DNA from: a virus
Lineage: Duplodnaviria > Heunggongvirae > Uroviricota > Caudoviricetes
Length of the DNA stretch: 64,000 bases
Direction: 5' to 3' (one strand)
Virus record (IMG/VR): IMGVR_UViG_3300047388_000185
Coordinates: 738-64,737 of that record
The notes beneath the pieces are model-generated. The model did no database searches, was not told the DNA's origin, and saw only the letters and a program-made list of their open reading frames with translations. Of the stretch, positions 46,719 through 56,008 are shown piece after piece. The stretch's first letter is position 1, and the number at the start of each line of letters is the position of its first letter. The translations under genes and the position numbers were made by a program.

Positions 46719-47616
46719 CGCCCAAATGCGCCGAGCCCAGTGGCGTATTTGTTCGAACATCCTGAACCAAGTCCCTATCCCGGAGTATATCTGGGGATTC
46801 GAACGGGGAAAGTCAGTTCCAAAGATGGCAGAAGTACATCGTGGGAAGAACGTCGTCATCAGCCTAGATATCAAGGATTTCTTCCCGTCGATCAAACAGG
46901 TCGACGTAAAGAGGATCTTCGAGGCACTGGGAGTTAGTCATGGTCCATCCGCCCAGATCCTTAGTGAACTCTGCACCTATAAGGCATTCGTGCCCCAGGG
47001 AGCACTGACCTCACCGAAGCTGAGCAACATCATGGTGGCTGCTACGTTCGGGCCTTTGGTCAAACGATTCTGTGACATTTACAAGCTGAATCTCAGTATC
47101 TACGCTGACGATGTCACGATCTCGTTTGATGGTGTTCCAGAAGTTGTTGATAATCAAACGGACATGTCTCAACGAGACTTCGTCAAGAAGACCATCAACT
47201 TCGTTCGTATCAGTCTGGGAGAGTATCATTTCCGCTTGAACCCCGACAAGATCAAAGTCATGCGTCGTCATAACCGTCAATGGGTATGTGGGGCAGTTGT
47301 CAATGATCGCGTCAACATGATGAAGAGAGATCGATCCAACCTTCGGGCCCTCGTTCACAACTGTGAATTGCATGGCATTGAAGCAGAGGCTGGTAAGACC
47401 GGATCAAAGACTTTGGCATTCATCCAGAAGTTCGGAGGCAAGTTGAACTGGTATCGTCAACTTAATCCCGAGAAGGGTGGACCGCTTTATACCCGATTTA
47501 AGAAGTTGAGTATACCTTTGACGAAGCAGTACCCAGGTTTCGACTTGGATAAGATTGTCTACGATTCAGGCATTGAGAATCCGGAGACGAGAGAGCAGAT
47601 GGAAGCAACCAAGTAA
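46426..47616 (+). CDS. Retron-type reverse transcriptase
   Basis: KKKTGKTRTIHNP, GFERGKS..MAEVH, LDIKDFFPSI, PQGALTSPKLSN, YADD and QWVCGAVVN. Confidence 0.92.
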   Translation: MDLLVPNPPTSPSTITTLLPPSSNAEQPLTPPPDVRRPLDLKKLGHLSISSHEEMKAQLTWTKNLGSLTWLSRSKSDHYTVIRMKKKTGKTRTIHNPDAQMRRAQWRICSNILNQVPIPEYIWGFERGKSVPKMAEVHRGKNVVISLDIKDFFPSIKQVDVKRIFEALGVSHGPSAQILSELCTYKAFVPQGALTSPKLSNIMVAATFGPLVKRFCDIYKLNLSIYADDVTISFDGVPEVVDNQTDMSQRDFVKKTINFVRISLGEYHFRLNPDKIKVMRRHNRQWVCGAVVNDRVNMMKRDRSNLRALVHNCELHGIEAEAGKTGSKTLAFIQKFGGKLNWYRQLNPEKGGPLYTRFKKLSIPLTKQYPGFDLDKIVYDSGIENPETREQMEATK

Positions 47617-47651
47617 ATACCCCATTTTTGGGTATTTTGTCACGAACCCCT

Positions 47652-47672
47652 AAAGAGCTTCGGCTCTTTTTA
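47652..47672 (+). terminator. Rho-independent terminator after the RT
   Basis: AAAGAGC-TTCG-GCTCTTTTT; preceded by a second hairpin AAATACCC..GGGTATTT. Confidence 0.85.
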
Positions 47673-47753
47673 GCTTTTCTTATTGAGTTGACACTGGATG
47701 AGTAGCTGGAAATTTTAAACTAACAACGGACTGACGTTGGGGAGGCAAGGTCT

Positions 47754-48269
47754 ATGAAAGCTATTTTTACAATTCGCCAGGATCTACTTGGTGACGTCAT
47801 ATCCTGGGTCGATGGCGGCCCGTACAACCATTGTGGGGTATACGATAACGCAGTGGATAACAGGGGAGGTTTCATCATTGAAGCGACTCCATTCGAAGGG
47901 GTTCGACGTCGATTACTGGGACCGGTGCTTGGTTCCGTCGCCGGATTTGCTATCGTAGATCTACCTCTACCAGAAGAAGAACAGGCGATGGCCTGGCTTC
48001 GGGCTCAAGTGGGGAAGGGTTATGATTGGATGGGTTTGGCTGGCATCCTGTTCGGAACTGATTGGATGCGAGATAACCGTTGGGTCTGCTCCCCTTTAAC
48101 CATCATGACCTTTATGCAGGCTGGAGCTACGTTAGACGGAGGAGGACCCCCTGGATTTAACTACGTAATGGGGGTAAGACAGGCGTACGATACATTACAG
48201 AATTTAGGAGCTAAGGTTACGTCCCTATCGAGTCCTATATCAAAGCCACCCCGGCTGCCGAAACAATAA
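47754..48269 (+). CDS. Permuted papain-like (NlpC/P60, YiiX/YebB-like) enzyme
   Basis: YNHCGV..IEA..QVGKGYDW.G..RWVCS, with His before Cys; GGAGG RBS. Confidence 0.8.
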   Translation: MKAIFTIRQDLLGDVISWVDGGPYNHCGVYDNAVDNRGGFIIEATPFEGVRRRLLGPVLGSVAGFAIVDLPLPEEEQAMAWLRAQVGKGYDWMGLAGILFGTDWMRDNRWVCSPLTIMTFMQAGATLDGGGPPGFNYVMGVRQAYDTLQNLGAKVTSLSSPISKPPRLPKQ

Positions 48270-49542
48270 CCCCGTGAGCTCCGTACATCAGACTTGATTC
48301 GGCCGCATTTAGAGTCAAGCTGGCGACACCGACTACTGAGGTAAGTGACGTTGCTGTCAACTCGACGGTTGCATCAGTAACTCCTGCGGAGATGAGAACG
48401 GGTGTCATAGATATATGGGGGTCTCCGGTCGTAGCTGAGATATTTGCGGATGTCATGGTCACCGTAGGAGTACCTGTCGTGGCCACAATCGTGCTAGCAT
48501 CCATAGTTACGGTCGGGGTCCCACTGGTTGCTTGAATAGTATCGTTCGTCATTGTGACGTGGGTGGCCTCCATGTTCGCCTGGATGCCTGTGGAATTCAT
48601 ATTGATTTCGGCCCCATCGCTACGGATCAGATTGATCTGAGAGTCATTAATAGTTATCTTATGCTCGTCTTTCCAGGTGATTTGTAGCTGGTTTCCAGTT
48701 TGGGTCATACGGATAAACGTAGTCCCATCCAGCGTCACATAGATTTCCTGGTTACCCGTAGTATCCAGAGTTCGATGCATCTTTTCCTGAGTTCCATCGG
48801 TGATCTGTTCTTTATACGTAATCTCCGTTACCGCAACAGGAGCGCCCCCGTTACTGCCATAATAGTCATACCCGGTCTTGATATTCTCAGCAGCCGCACA
48901 ATTGCCATAGTAGAAGTTGAGACGATAATCCTCGACCCTGGCAAGCTCGAATGTTTGGGCATATCCGATATAACGATACAAAGAACCCTTGTAGTTCTTG
49001 ATTACATCTGAGGAGATGTCTGTGAAGTGCTCCCAATTGCGGCTTACGATACGCACAAGCCCCCGGAGCTTGCTTGCCATGATCTCAGCCGTTCTGGCTG
49101 CACGCAGGATGATCGTTCCGGCTCGCATAGAGGCGAATAGAGAGCCTCCAGTCGAGGAGATGACCCTATCCCCTTGGATAAGATCTGCAGGCTTGTTTTG
49201 ATCCCCTTTAATGGCTGTGCCAGGGCTGTAGTTTCCTGTGGCCGGGCCAGGAGTACCATCTGTCAAGACTAACGGGGTTGCTCCGCTAGAAGATTGGATG
49301 CGTGGTAAAGATCCGAGGATGATGGGAGTCCCTAGTCCATAGTGTAAAACCACTCTACTTCCTACGGCTGGGACGGATCGATCCCCCTCTCTAGCCGGGC
49401 CTAGATTCGTAGACATCCAGGCAACTGAGGAGAGCACCTGCCCAGTAAGTGTCTTTACTTTGCAGACAGAGGAAGCTACATCAACTGCAAGGACAACGCC
49501 TTCGTCTAGTTGTGCTGAGGGTTGAATGGGGTTTGTGAACAC
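48235..49542 (-). CDS. Baseplate central spike (gpV/gp5-like)
   Basis: N-terminal OB-fold (EGVVLAVD..PAVGSRVVL..IILG); C-terminal 16-aa beta-helix repeats ATTGTPTVTM. Confidence 0.7.
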   Translation of the reverse strand: MFTNPIQPSAQLDEGVVLAVDVASSVCKVKTLTGQVLSSVAWMSTNLGPAREGDRSVPAVGSRVVLHYGLGTPIILGSLPRIQSSSGATPLVLTDGTPGPATGNYSPGTAIKGDQNKPADLIQGDRVISSTGGSLFASMRAGTIILRAARTAEIMASKLRGLVRIVSRNWEHFTDISSDVIKNYKGSLYRYIGYAQTFELARVEDYRLNFYYGNCAAAENIKTGYDYYGSNGGAPVAVTEITYKEQITDGTQEKMHRTLDTTGNQEIYVTLDGTTFIRMTQTGNQLQITWKDEHKITINDSQINLIRSDGAEINMNSTGIQANMEATHVTMTNDTIQATSGTPTVTMDASTIVATTGTPTVTMTSANISATTGDPHISMTPVLISAGVTDATVELTATSLTSVVGVASLTLNAAESSLMYGAHGVIVSAAGVALI

Positions 49543-49572
49543 AGTCGTAGTATAACTGAACGCAAGAAATAT

Positions 49573-49602
49573 TCAATAGTTGGGTGGGAAAATGGTATAA
49601 GA
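49573..49602 (+). promoter_or_regulatory. Phage promoter motif TCAA-N17-GGTATAAGA (copy 3)
   Basis: Match to the shared motif. Confidence 0.75.
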
Positions 49603-49639
49603 ATGTATAGGATAAACTTAACCTTTTCGGGAGATCATA

Positions 49640-49813
49640 ATGTTTGCAAAGATCAAGACCCTGTGCCGAGAATGGAATGAACGCCGCAAGTTCGCTCGCT
49701 TCAATCGACGGGTAGCACGAGAGATGAAGAAAGCGATCAAGGCGCAGAAGAGCCGGCACGCGGATTGGCTGGCCTACATGGGTGTCGAAGATGAGTCCCA
49801 GCTATCGAAATGA
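49640..49813 (+). CDS. 57-aa basic protein MFAKIKTLCREWNERRKF...ESQLSK (not in the ORF track)
   Basis: Has its own promoter, GGGAGA RBS and terminator. Confidence 0.7.
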   Translation: MFAKIKTLCREWNERRKFARFNRRVAREMKKAIKAQKSRHADWLAYMGVEDESQLSK

Positions 49814-49830
49814 AGGTGGGAGGAGAAAGT

Positions 49831-49860
49831 AAAAGGGCCCCGTAAAGGACCCTTTTCTTT
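49831..49860. terminator. Bidirectional terminator
   Basis: AAAAGGGCCC..GGACCCTTTT between convergent genes. Confidence 0.75.
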
Positions 49861-49876
49861 AGCTTTGCAAGCTTGT

Positions 49877-50551
49877 TTAGTTCAACGATACTGGCAGGAA
49901 TCGATCAAATTCGATACCGACTGATTCGACGATTACTGGCGAAGCTGAGGCAATCTGGAACGAGTAGTTCGAGAACATGCAGTACTCCAGGTACAGCGCA
50001 GTCAGAACCCGGCCGCCCGTTTCAGTGGCTTCGCTACCACCACGAGACTTGAAGATCAGCATCAGACCAAACGGGACACCGAAATATTCCGAGTCGATAT
50101 TCATCATGATGTCAGCATTCGGGGAATCAGCTCCAGCCGCAGACGTCGGGCTGATGAAGGGCTTGTACGAATTCTGGCTCAGGGCTGCCAAGATGTTCTT
50201 TTGGTCAGCCAACATACGACCAAACGAGATGCCAGACGAAGTCTTACCCCGGGTGAAGAATGAGCGGTTAGAACCAATTTCAAACAGACGAGCCAGACTA
50301 GGGTTGGATTGAACAGCGATGTTGTCAGCCAAGCCGATAGGCACTAGAACCGATGCATCCCCGGACAGGCCAGTAAAACGAGCCGGGCCCGCATACATCA
50401 TAGTCGTGTCTGGAGTGGCTGAGAACTGAGAAAAGCGCTCATATCCATCCGTCTCCAGTTGCGAGACATAGTTGGACTTCCAGTCCCAACCCGGTTGGAA
50501 GTTATTACCCTCAGCTGAGGGCAGTCGGTCATTCGTAGTATTAGCAGCCAT
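49877..50551 (-). CDS. Tail tube protein
   Basis: Follows the sheath gene; LARLFEIGS..LYLEYCMFSNYSFQI..ESVGIEFDR. Confidence 0.7.
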   Translation of the reverse strand: MAANTTNDRLPSAEGNNFQPGWDWKSNYVSQLETDGYERFSQFSATPDTTMMYAGPARFTGLSGDASVLVPIGLADNIAVQSNPSLARLFEIGSNRSFFTRGKTSSGISFGRMLADQKNILAALSQNSYKPFISPTSAAGADSPNADIMMNIDSEYFGVPFGLMLIFKSRGGSEATETGGRVLTALYLEYCMFSNYSFQIASASPVIVESVGIEFDRFLPVSLN

Positions 50552-50573
50552 GGGGGTAGTTTAAGGGTTTAGT

Positions 50574-52811
50574 TTAGACAGTCAGATAGAAATTGACATA
50601 GTTCATGACTGTCGGGATGAACGCCCGGAACTGTACATCAACCATGTCCAGATTAGTTGCATTCTGGGCGACAGTGGTCAGGGTGAAGTCCGTCAGAGGA
50701 GCACCAATCTTCGGCAGGGTTTGACCTTGGAGATACTTCGCCCCGGCAATGATCGTCGTGCGCAGAGTTTGCAGACTATCCGGAGTAATGTTATAACGTC
50801 CCGGGAAGCCCTGGAGAATATCATGGAAGTAATAGCTGATGAAGTCAATATTCTTGAGTTGCTGAACTTCACGATACTGCAGAACCGTCATATCCGTCGT
50901 CAGTGAATGGCGAACGTAAGGGATCGTACCTTGAGCCTGTTGAACGACCAAGAACGTACCAGCGGCGGCCATTGTATCGAGCTGAGCACGAGTGAAGTAG
51001 AAGTTTGAGTGCTTCAGATCCGAGATACCAGCAACGCCGATATTGGTCAAGCCCTTCTGGGCCGGAAGGCCGGCGAAGAGGCCGGAATTAGCAGCGCAGA
51101 GGTAATAGCCAGGTAGGAACTTGACAGTGCCTTTCACATTCACTCCGACCAAGTCAGGTTGGACGTGTACGACACGGCTCGAACCGAAGCTCGTGCTGTT
51201 CGCAGCGACGATCGCAGCTTGTTGAGTCTTCGACAGAGTACGTTGAATATACCAAGTCACAGCAGTGTAGTTTGCGGGGACGCCTGCTACGATCAGAGAC
51301 TGGTTACTGACAACACCAGTGATGGTGAAGTTAGTTGCAGTCGTGATCGTCGGACTACCTGTTGCAGAAGTCACGACCAGAATGTCGCCTGGAACCACGC
51401 CGTCGCCGACGAAGTTCGAATTGTTATTAGCACCAGTGGGGCATAGCAGGACACCAGTACTCGTGCTCAGGGTATTACCTGAATTAGAGTTCACCAGAGT
51501 ACTGGAGTAGACCCCAACGGGTTGACTAGCTGGGATCGCCGTGTTGACGATCGCAGCACGCCACGAAGCCATTTGAGGAGTAGATAGACCTTCGACACGT
51601 TGTTGGATCATCTCCAACGTGGCAATATCTTGAGTCAACGGAACCACAGCATAGAGACGGACATTTTCAGACACGTCCATAGCCGCAGTATAACCGGCCA
51701 AGTCGTTGCTTTGAACGGCAATAGCGAAGATGCGACCCGTGGTGTTAGCCAGGGCCAATTCGACGCCAAGCGCCAGTGGATTTAGATCCGTGGCTTGCCC
51801 GAGAGTGCCGACTTGATCGTTGAGATCAGAGATTTCAAGAACTTGATTACCAAGGTCTTGGCGGAGAGCAGAATATTGAACATGAATTTCACCTGTTTTA
51901 AGAATACCATAAGAAAGCTGGACAGCGGGGTTTACAGTCACATAACCAGAGGTAGTAACGTTACCAGTGGTATAGTTCGTGTTGGAGTTGTACGAAGCCG
52001 GGATAGGCAGGTTCGCAAAGTTTTTGCGGAACGTGACAACGTAGGTCGTAGCGTTAACGTTGGTCGAGGGAAACAGATCAGCTGTTTGGATCGACAGAAT
52101 TTCATTTGCATTGACGCCAGTGGGGGTTACGCTGAGAACTGTAGTCTTGAATGAGCCAGCCGTTCCGGCAACATCAACAATATCACCAACTTCGATATTC
52201 AATGTCGAAGTAGCAGAATTTAGGTTGTAGATGGCCGCACGCGTAGTAACGTCAGCTGAAACCGTAGTCGAGGCTGTACGGTCAAGGGTTAGAACTGCGC
52301 CGGCTACATTTAGGATCCGGGCACGAAGTACACCACCGGCCACGCCTGACGTAGCGAAGTTAATGACGTCGTTGATGTAGATTCCATGTCCAGTCGAAGA
52401 CATCGTCACTGATGCGCTGCCGCTGGAGGTTGAAGCCGTGGCTCCAACTGAACCTGACGGGACAGTTAGGGTATTCGTCGAGGGATTAGCTAGATATTTA
52501 GCAGTCTTGGTATCGACAACGGCAGCGTGCACATACACGGCCAGGGAGGTAGTATCGACTAGCTGGCCGACCTTCGTGCTACCAAGATAGGCATTGACGG
52601 AGACAGTGTTATCAGTAATGTTGCAAGCAGTGGTCCCATCGACTAGTGTTGCAAGACTGGCGGAGAGAGTAGCAGCGCTGGTCGTATCAAACGTAACGAC
52701 GTTATTGCAAGGACCCACGATAACCGTGTCCAGGTCCGGGGTCGTCGAAGCGACGCCTGCATTGGCGGAGAGTTGTTGATAGACGAGGACTGACGGGACA
52801 ATATAAGACAT
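50574..52811 (-). CDS. Tail sheath protein
   Basis: MSYIVPSVLVYQ at the N-terminus; GLTN..QLDTMAAAG..VRHSLTTD..REVQ..DFI sheath C-terminus. Confidence 0.85.
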   Translation of the reverse strand: MSYIVPSVLVYQQLSANAGVASTTPDLDTVIVGPCNNVVTFDTTSAATLSASLATLVDGTTACNITDNTVSVNAYLGSTKVGQLVDTTSLAVYVHAAVVDTKTAKYLANPSTNTLTVPSGSVGATASTSSGSASVTMSSTGHGIYINDVINFATSGVAGGVLRARILNVAGAVLTLDRTASTTVSADVTTRAAIYNLNSATSTLNIEVGDIVDVAGTAGSFKTTVLSVTPTGVNANEILSIQTADLFPSTNVNATTYVVTFRKNFANLPIPASYNSNTNYTTGNVTTSGYVTVNPAVQLSYGILKTGEIHVQYSALRQDLGNQVLEISDLNDQVGTLGQATDLNPLALGVELALANTTGRIFAIAVQSNDLAGYTAAMDVSENVRLYAVVPLTQDIATLEMIQQRVEGLSTPQMASWRAAIVNTAIPASQPVGVYSSTLVNSNSGNTLSTSTGVLLCPTGANNNSNFVGDGVVPGDILVVTSATGSPTITTATNFTITGVVSNQSLIVAGVPANYTAVTWYIQRTLSKTQQAAIVAANSTSFGSSRVVHVQPDLVGVNVKGTVKFLPGYYLCAANSGLFAGLPAQKGLTNIGVAGISDLKHSNFYFTRAQLDTMAAAGTFLVVQQAQGTIPYVRHSLTTDMTVLQYREVQQLKNIDFISYYFHDILQGFPGRYNITPDSLQTLRTTIIAGAKYLQGQTLPKIGAPLTDFTLTTVAQNATNLDMVDVQFRAFIPTVMNYVNFYLTV

Positions 52812-52874
52812 TAGGAGTTTTCCTGGTTAGAGCCCAAGCCAGTGCTTGTGCCACGAATTCTTGATGAGTCTATT

Positions 52875-53489
52875 TTAAGGCGCAAGGCCGCCGTTAGTCA
52901 CTTGGATCAATAGCTTCTTCAGTTCCGGGCCGTCCGTTCGAGTCATCCAACGTTCTTCTTTTAGCCAGGGGATATTAATTTGGACCTGGAATTTGACGAC
53001 GTTAGGATCTTCCCCCCCGGTAATATTGCAATCTGAAATTTGCATGGGGAGGCCAAATTGCTTCCAACCCTGGGTATCACAGAGCAGCGGCTGAGTCCAC
53101 CCGACAAAGTGCATGACCATATCGGCCAGGAGTTCACACGCGCCTTTATTACGTGCTTCTACGAGGATTTGAGCTTGACCCTGATACATCACCATATTGG
53201 TATTGAGTTGATTTCCCCGGGTCGATCCGAAACTAGCTCCTCCCGAAAGGTTGTTGGAAAGGCCCGTGCCAGCAACTTGAAAAGAGCCACGGGTCACGAC
53301 AACGCGAGGTTTTTCCCCCAGTGGGACTCGGTTCAAATCTTGCGATTCAAAGATGTCCATGGTACGCAGTCTCTCGTCTTCATTCCATACGAAATTGGCT
53401 GCCGACGAATACGTTGAAAAGTAATAGCGCAAAGGAACGATGATTGCTTGGGCAACGGCTCCGATGGAGAAGGTAGTTTCAGCAGTCAT
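52875..53489 (-). CDS. Tail completion/terminator-like protein
   Basis: Position upstream of the sheath; PRVVVTRG motif. Confidence 0.5.
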   Translation of the reverse strand: MTAETTFSIGAVAQAIIVPLRYYFSTYSSAANFVWNEDERLRTMDIFESQDLNRVPLGEKPRVVVTRGSFQVAGTGLSNNLSGGASFGSTRGNQLNTNMVMYQGQAQILVEARNKGACELLADMVMHFVGWTQPLLCDTQGWKQFGLPMQISDCNITGGEDPNVVKFQVQINIPWLKEERWMTRTDGPELKKLLIQVTNGGLAP

Positions 53490-54502
53490 CAGATTCTATA
53501 TTTCAAAGGTAAATCACGAGTTTGTGTATCCTCTGGCACTGTCCAAATGGGATCATCGCTAGGGCTGGCATTAACTTGATTTCTCGGGAATCGCGTAAGA
53601 GAGAAGTTTCCTCCAAGGGATTCTAGATACGTTCCAAAATCATCCGTAACTTGTCGACTCAGTAGTGCATTTTCTATGTCATTTCGACTCAGTTGAGTCA
53701 ATGTCAACATCTGACGCACTGGAGCTGTTTGAAGTTCCGTTGAATTATTACGAATGACGGAGTACACGTTCCAGTCTCCAGATCGGATGATAATATCCGT
53801 TGGACTTATTTCTGGTACAGAAATTGTCCAAGCGCCAATTTGATTAGCTTCCAATTCACCGAAGTAAGTTGGAGTTCTGTCTTGAGGATTTGGCTCGTAT
53901 TGCAGGAACACTGGAACCGGGTCCCAATATCCCCCGTCCCAACTGGTGCCATAACAGACATTGCACTTATCATCCATCACCTTTTCTTGAGAGGCGCTCC
54001 AGCAACGGGGGCAACGGTTTCCAAAATACTTAGCCTTAAACAAGTAGGACTTCACACCCGTGAACTTGGTCAAGAGCATATATTCACGGCGTTGAATTTC
54101 GGAGGCCATTATCTCAATCTTGGTCCGACGTTTGTTGACCAGATTAATGGAGTAGCTACGAAATTGTTGACCGTTAGGAAGAATTGCCTCTACGATATAA
54201 TCCTCTGATCTATTGACCGAGGTTTCTCGAGATTGAGTATTCGTAAAACGAGGATTGGTTAAGGCCTGGGTCGTGAGACGTTGAAAGGCAGCCTCGTCGC
54301 CTTGACTAGAATAGACGTGGAAAGTACAGTTTCCCCAATCAGCGGGAATAGTCCAATCTAGGTTGACTTGTTTGAACCAGATGGGGTAGATATTTACATC
54401 GATGAAACGAGACGGTTCAGCAGTGCTTGGCGTGGTTAGCCTAGACTGAGTTGGGTAGGAACGGATCAACCAATCCTGAGCAAACGAAACCGTGAATGAC
54501 AT
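53489..54502 (-). CDS. Neck/head-closure-like protein with a Zn ribbon
   Basis: RCPRC..CNVCYGT; position between adaptor and tail completion genes. Confidence 0.5.
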   Translation of the reverse strand: MSFTVSFAQDWLIRSYPTQSRLTTPSTAEPSRFIDVNIYPIWFKQVNLDWTIPADWGNCTFHVYSSQGDEAAFQRLTTQALTNPRFTNTQSRETSVNRSEDYIVEAILPNGQQFRSYSINLVNKRRTKIEIMASEIQRREYMLLTKFTGVKSYLFKAKYFGNRCPRCWSASQEKVMDDKCNVCYGTSWDGGYWDPVPVFLQYEPNPQDRTPTYFGELEANQIGAWTISVPEISPTDIIIRSGDWNVYSVIRNNSTELQTAPVRQMLTLTQLSRNDIENALLSRQVTDDFGTYLESLGGNFSLTRFPRNQVNASPSDDPIWTVPEDTQTRDLPLKYRI

Positions 54503-54519
54503 GGGGTGATTTTAGGCTT

Positions 54520-54549
54520 TCAAGAATGATCAGATTTAGTGGTATAAGA
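54520..54549 (+). promoter_or_regulatory. Phage promoter motif TCAA-N17-GGTATAAGA (copy 4)
   Basis: Match to the shared motif. Confidence 0.75.
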
Positions 54550-54583
54550 AGATAGTGAAACCTATTACATCCAGGGGAATAAA

Positions 54584-54901
54584 GTGACTAAGTTCTTTGG
54601 ACGTAAGGATCCCAGTCCCTACGTAGAAATATCTTTTCGAGATCTGTGGAAGTCCTGTCGAGATCTCTACGCCTTTCTTAGAGATGAAATTAGAATCTCT
54701 AAGAAAATGAGACAAGTCGAGAATCCGGCTGTCAGAGAAGTTCTGTTTCTCAGAATTCAATTGGAAGAAGCTCAGAATCGACAAGCTGATATCTTGGCAA
54801 ATTCATCGGCAGAGATGATCCCGGATTGGCAACAGTTGACTATTCATATTCATGAACTCCAATCAGAGATTGGAAAGAGGCAGCACGCGTTGCTTAAGTA
54901 G
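54584..54901 (+). CDS. Hypothetical helical protein (single-gene island)
   Basis: AGGGGA RBS and GTG start, with its own promoter and terminator. Confidence 0.65.
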   Translation: MTKFFGRKDPSPYVEISFRDLWKSCRDLYAFLRDEIRISKKMRQVENPAVREVLFLRIQLEEAQNRQADILANSSAEMIPDWQQLTIHIHELQSEIGKRQHALLK

Positions 54902-54909
54902 GAAACAAC

Positions 54910-54932
54910 AACAGGGCCTAAGCCCTGTTTTT
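54910..54932. terminator. Terminator between convergent genes
   Basis: AACAGGGC-CTAA-GCCCTGTTTTT. Confidence 0.8.
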
Positions 54933-54947
54933 AGTTCGTTAGTAGAC

Positions 54948-55388
54948 TTACCACAACGGGAAGTTTCGTTCGTCGGAGAATACACAGCCCCACCCGGATT
55001 CCATATTGGCTGAGATTTTGTATTTCTGAGCCCCATCCTGGAACATCTCTCTGAACGTTGCTGCCAGTTGAGTGTATAGTTCAAACTTCTCTTCAACTGG
55101 AATTTGGAGGCCGCCATCTGAGTACGTCAGATTGTTACGAGCAGCTAGGGCGGCGCGACCTTGGAACATCATCCAACACGTTCCGTACAACAGAATACCC
55201 ATTGACGGAAATCCATTTAAGGAGGCCGTAATCGCTATAGGCTGAATCGAGTTGAACTCGGAAACAGCCAGCTGCATACACAGTTCGACGAATGTATCTG
55301 TAAATTCGGCTTTATCTAGTAATAGATTTTGCTCTTCGTAGTCTTGGAGAAACTCTCGAACTTGATCAACAGTAAGCGGTGCGGCCAT
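54948..55388 (-). CDS. Head-tail adaptor-like protein
   Basis: VREFLQD..FTD; helical 146-aa protein; position after the head genes. Confidence 0.55.
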   Translation of the reverse strand: MAAPLTVDQVREFLQDYEEQNLLLDKAEFTDTFVELCMQLAVSEFNSIQPIAITASLNGFPSMGILLYGTCWMMFQGRAALAARNNLTYSDGGLQIPVEEKFELYTQLAATFREMFQDGAQKYKISANMESGWGCVFSDERNFPLW

Positions 55389-55405
55389 GTCGAGAGTTTA
55401 ACGGA

Positions 55406-56008
55406 TTAAGACCAGGCGCCAGTATCAGCTGGAGGAGTAATTGCCTCGGCCTTCTTTGCAGCCTTTGGCTTCTTAGCTGCAGCCTCTTTGATGAACGGAA
55501 CTGTCTCACCGAGCGTTTCAGTCTTGATACCTGATTCAGTCTCAGTTTGTGTTTCAGCAGCGGGGCCGCTGATCGGATCGTCAGCCGGAGGATTGAACGT
55601 AGTCGGAGCTTGGCCGATATCAGCAAGGCTTTCAGCAGTGATAGCTTCGGTCTTACCTGAGAGCGTACTTACGTGAACCTTGTCGACCTTGGTTGCGTTC
55701 TTAGCGGCCAGGAAAGCCTTGAGTTCTGCTTCGGTCATGGAACCATCGTCCAGCTTGGACTTACGATCGGCAGCAGCACCGGGGGCTTCACGCTCAACTC
55801 GAGCCTTGTTATCCGGATGGGTCGGATCATACGTGGGGCGAGCATCGGCTTCGACAAGATAGACCATCTTCATGCGACGCATTGAGTTGAAGGTACCATG
55901 ATTGACCGAGTACTCAGACACTTCAGTCCAATGAGCCGGCTCAGCAGTGATCTCGTTACCGAGGAAGTACATGCGACCTGGGGCGGCGTTGTAGAGGAAA
56001 TATGACAT
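55406..56008 (-). CDS. Hypothetical protein (start probably MSYFLYN at 56008)
   Basis: TTGACA-N18-TACACT promoter at 56039-56068 overlaps the annotated TTG start. Confidence 0.6.
   Translation of the reverse strand: MSYFLYNAAPGRMYFLGNEITAEPAHWTEVSEYSVNHGTFNSMRRMKMVYLVEADARPTYDPTHPDNKARVEREAPGAAADRKSKLDDGSMTEAELKAFLAAKNATKVDKVHVSTLSGKTEAITAESLADIGQAPTTFNPPADDPISGPAAETQTETESGIKTETLGETVPFIKEAAAKKPKAAKKAEAITPPADTGAWS

Noticed and set aside
45703-47672. RT as part of a group II intron or a diversity-generating retroelement
   Set aside because: No maturase or HNH domain, no intron domain V seen, and no template/variable repeat pair differing at adenines; the motifs are retron-like
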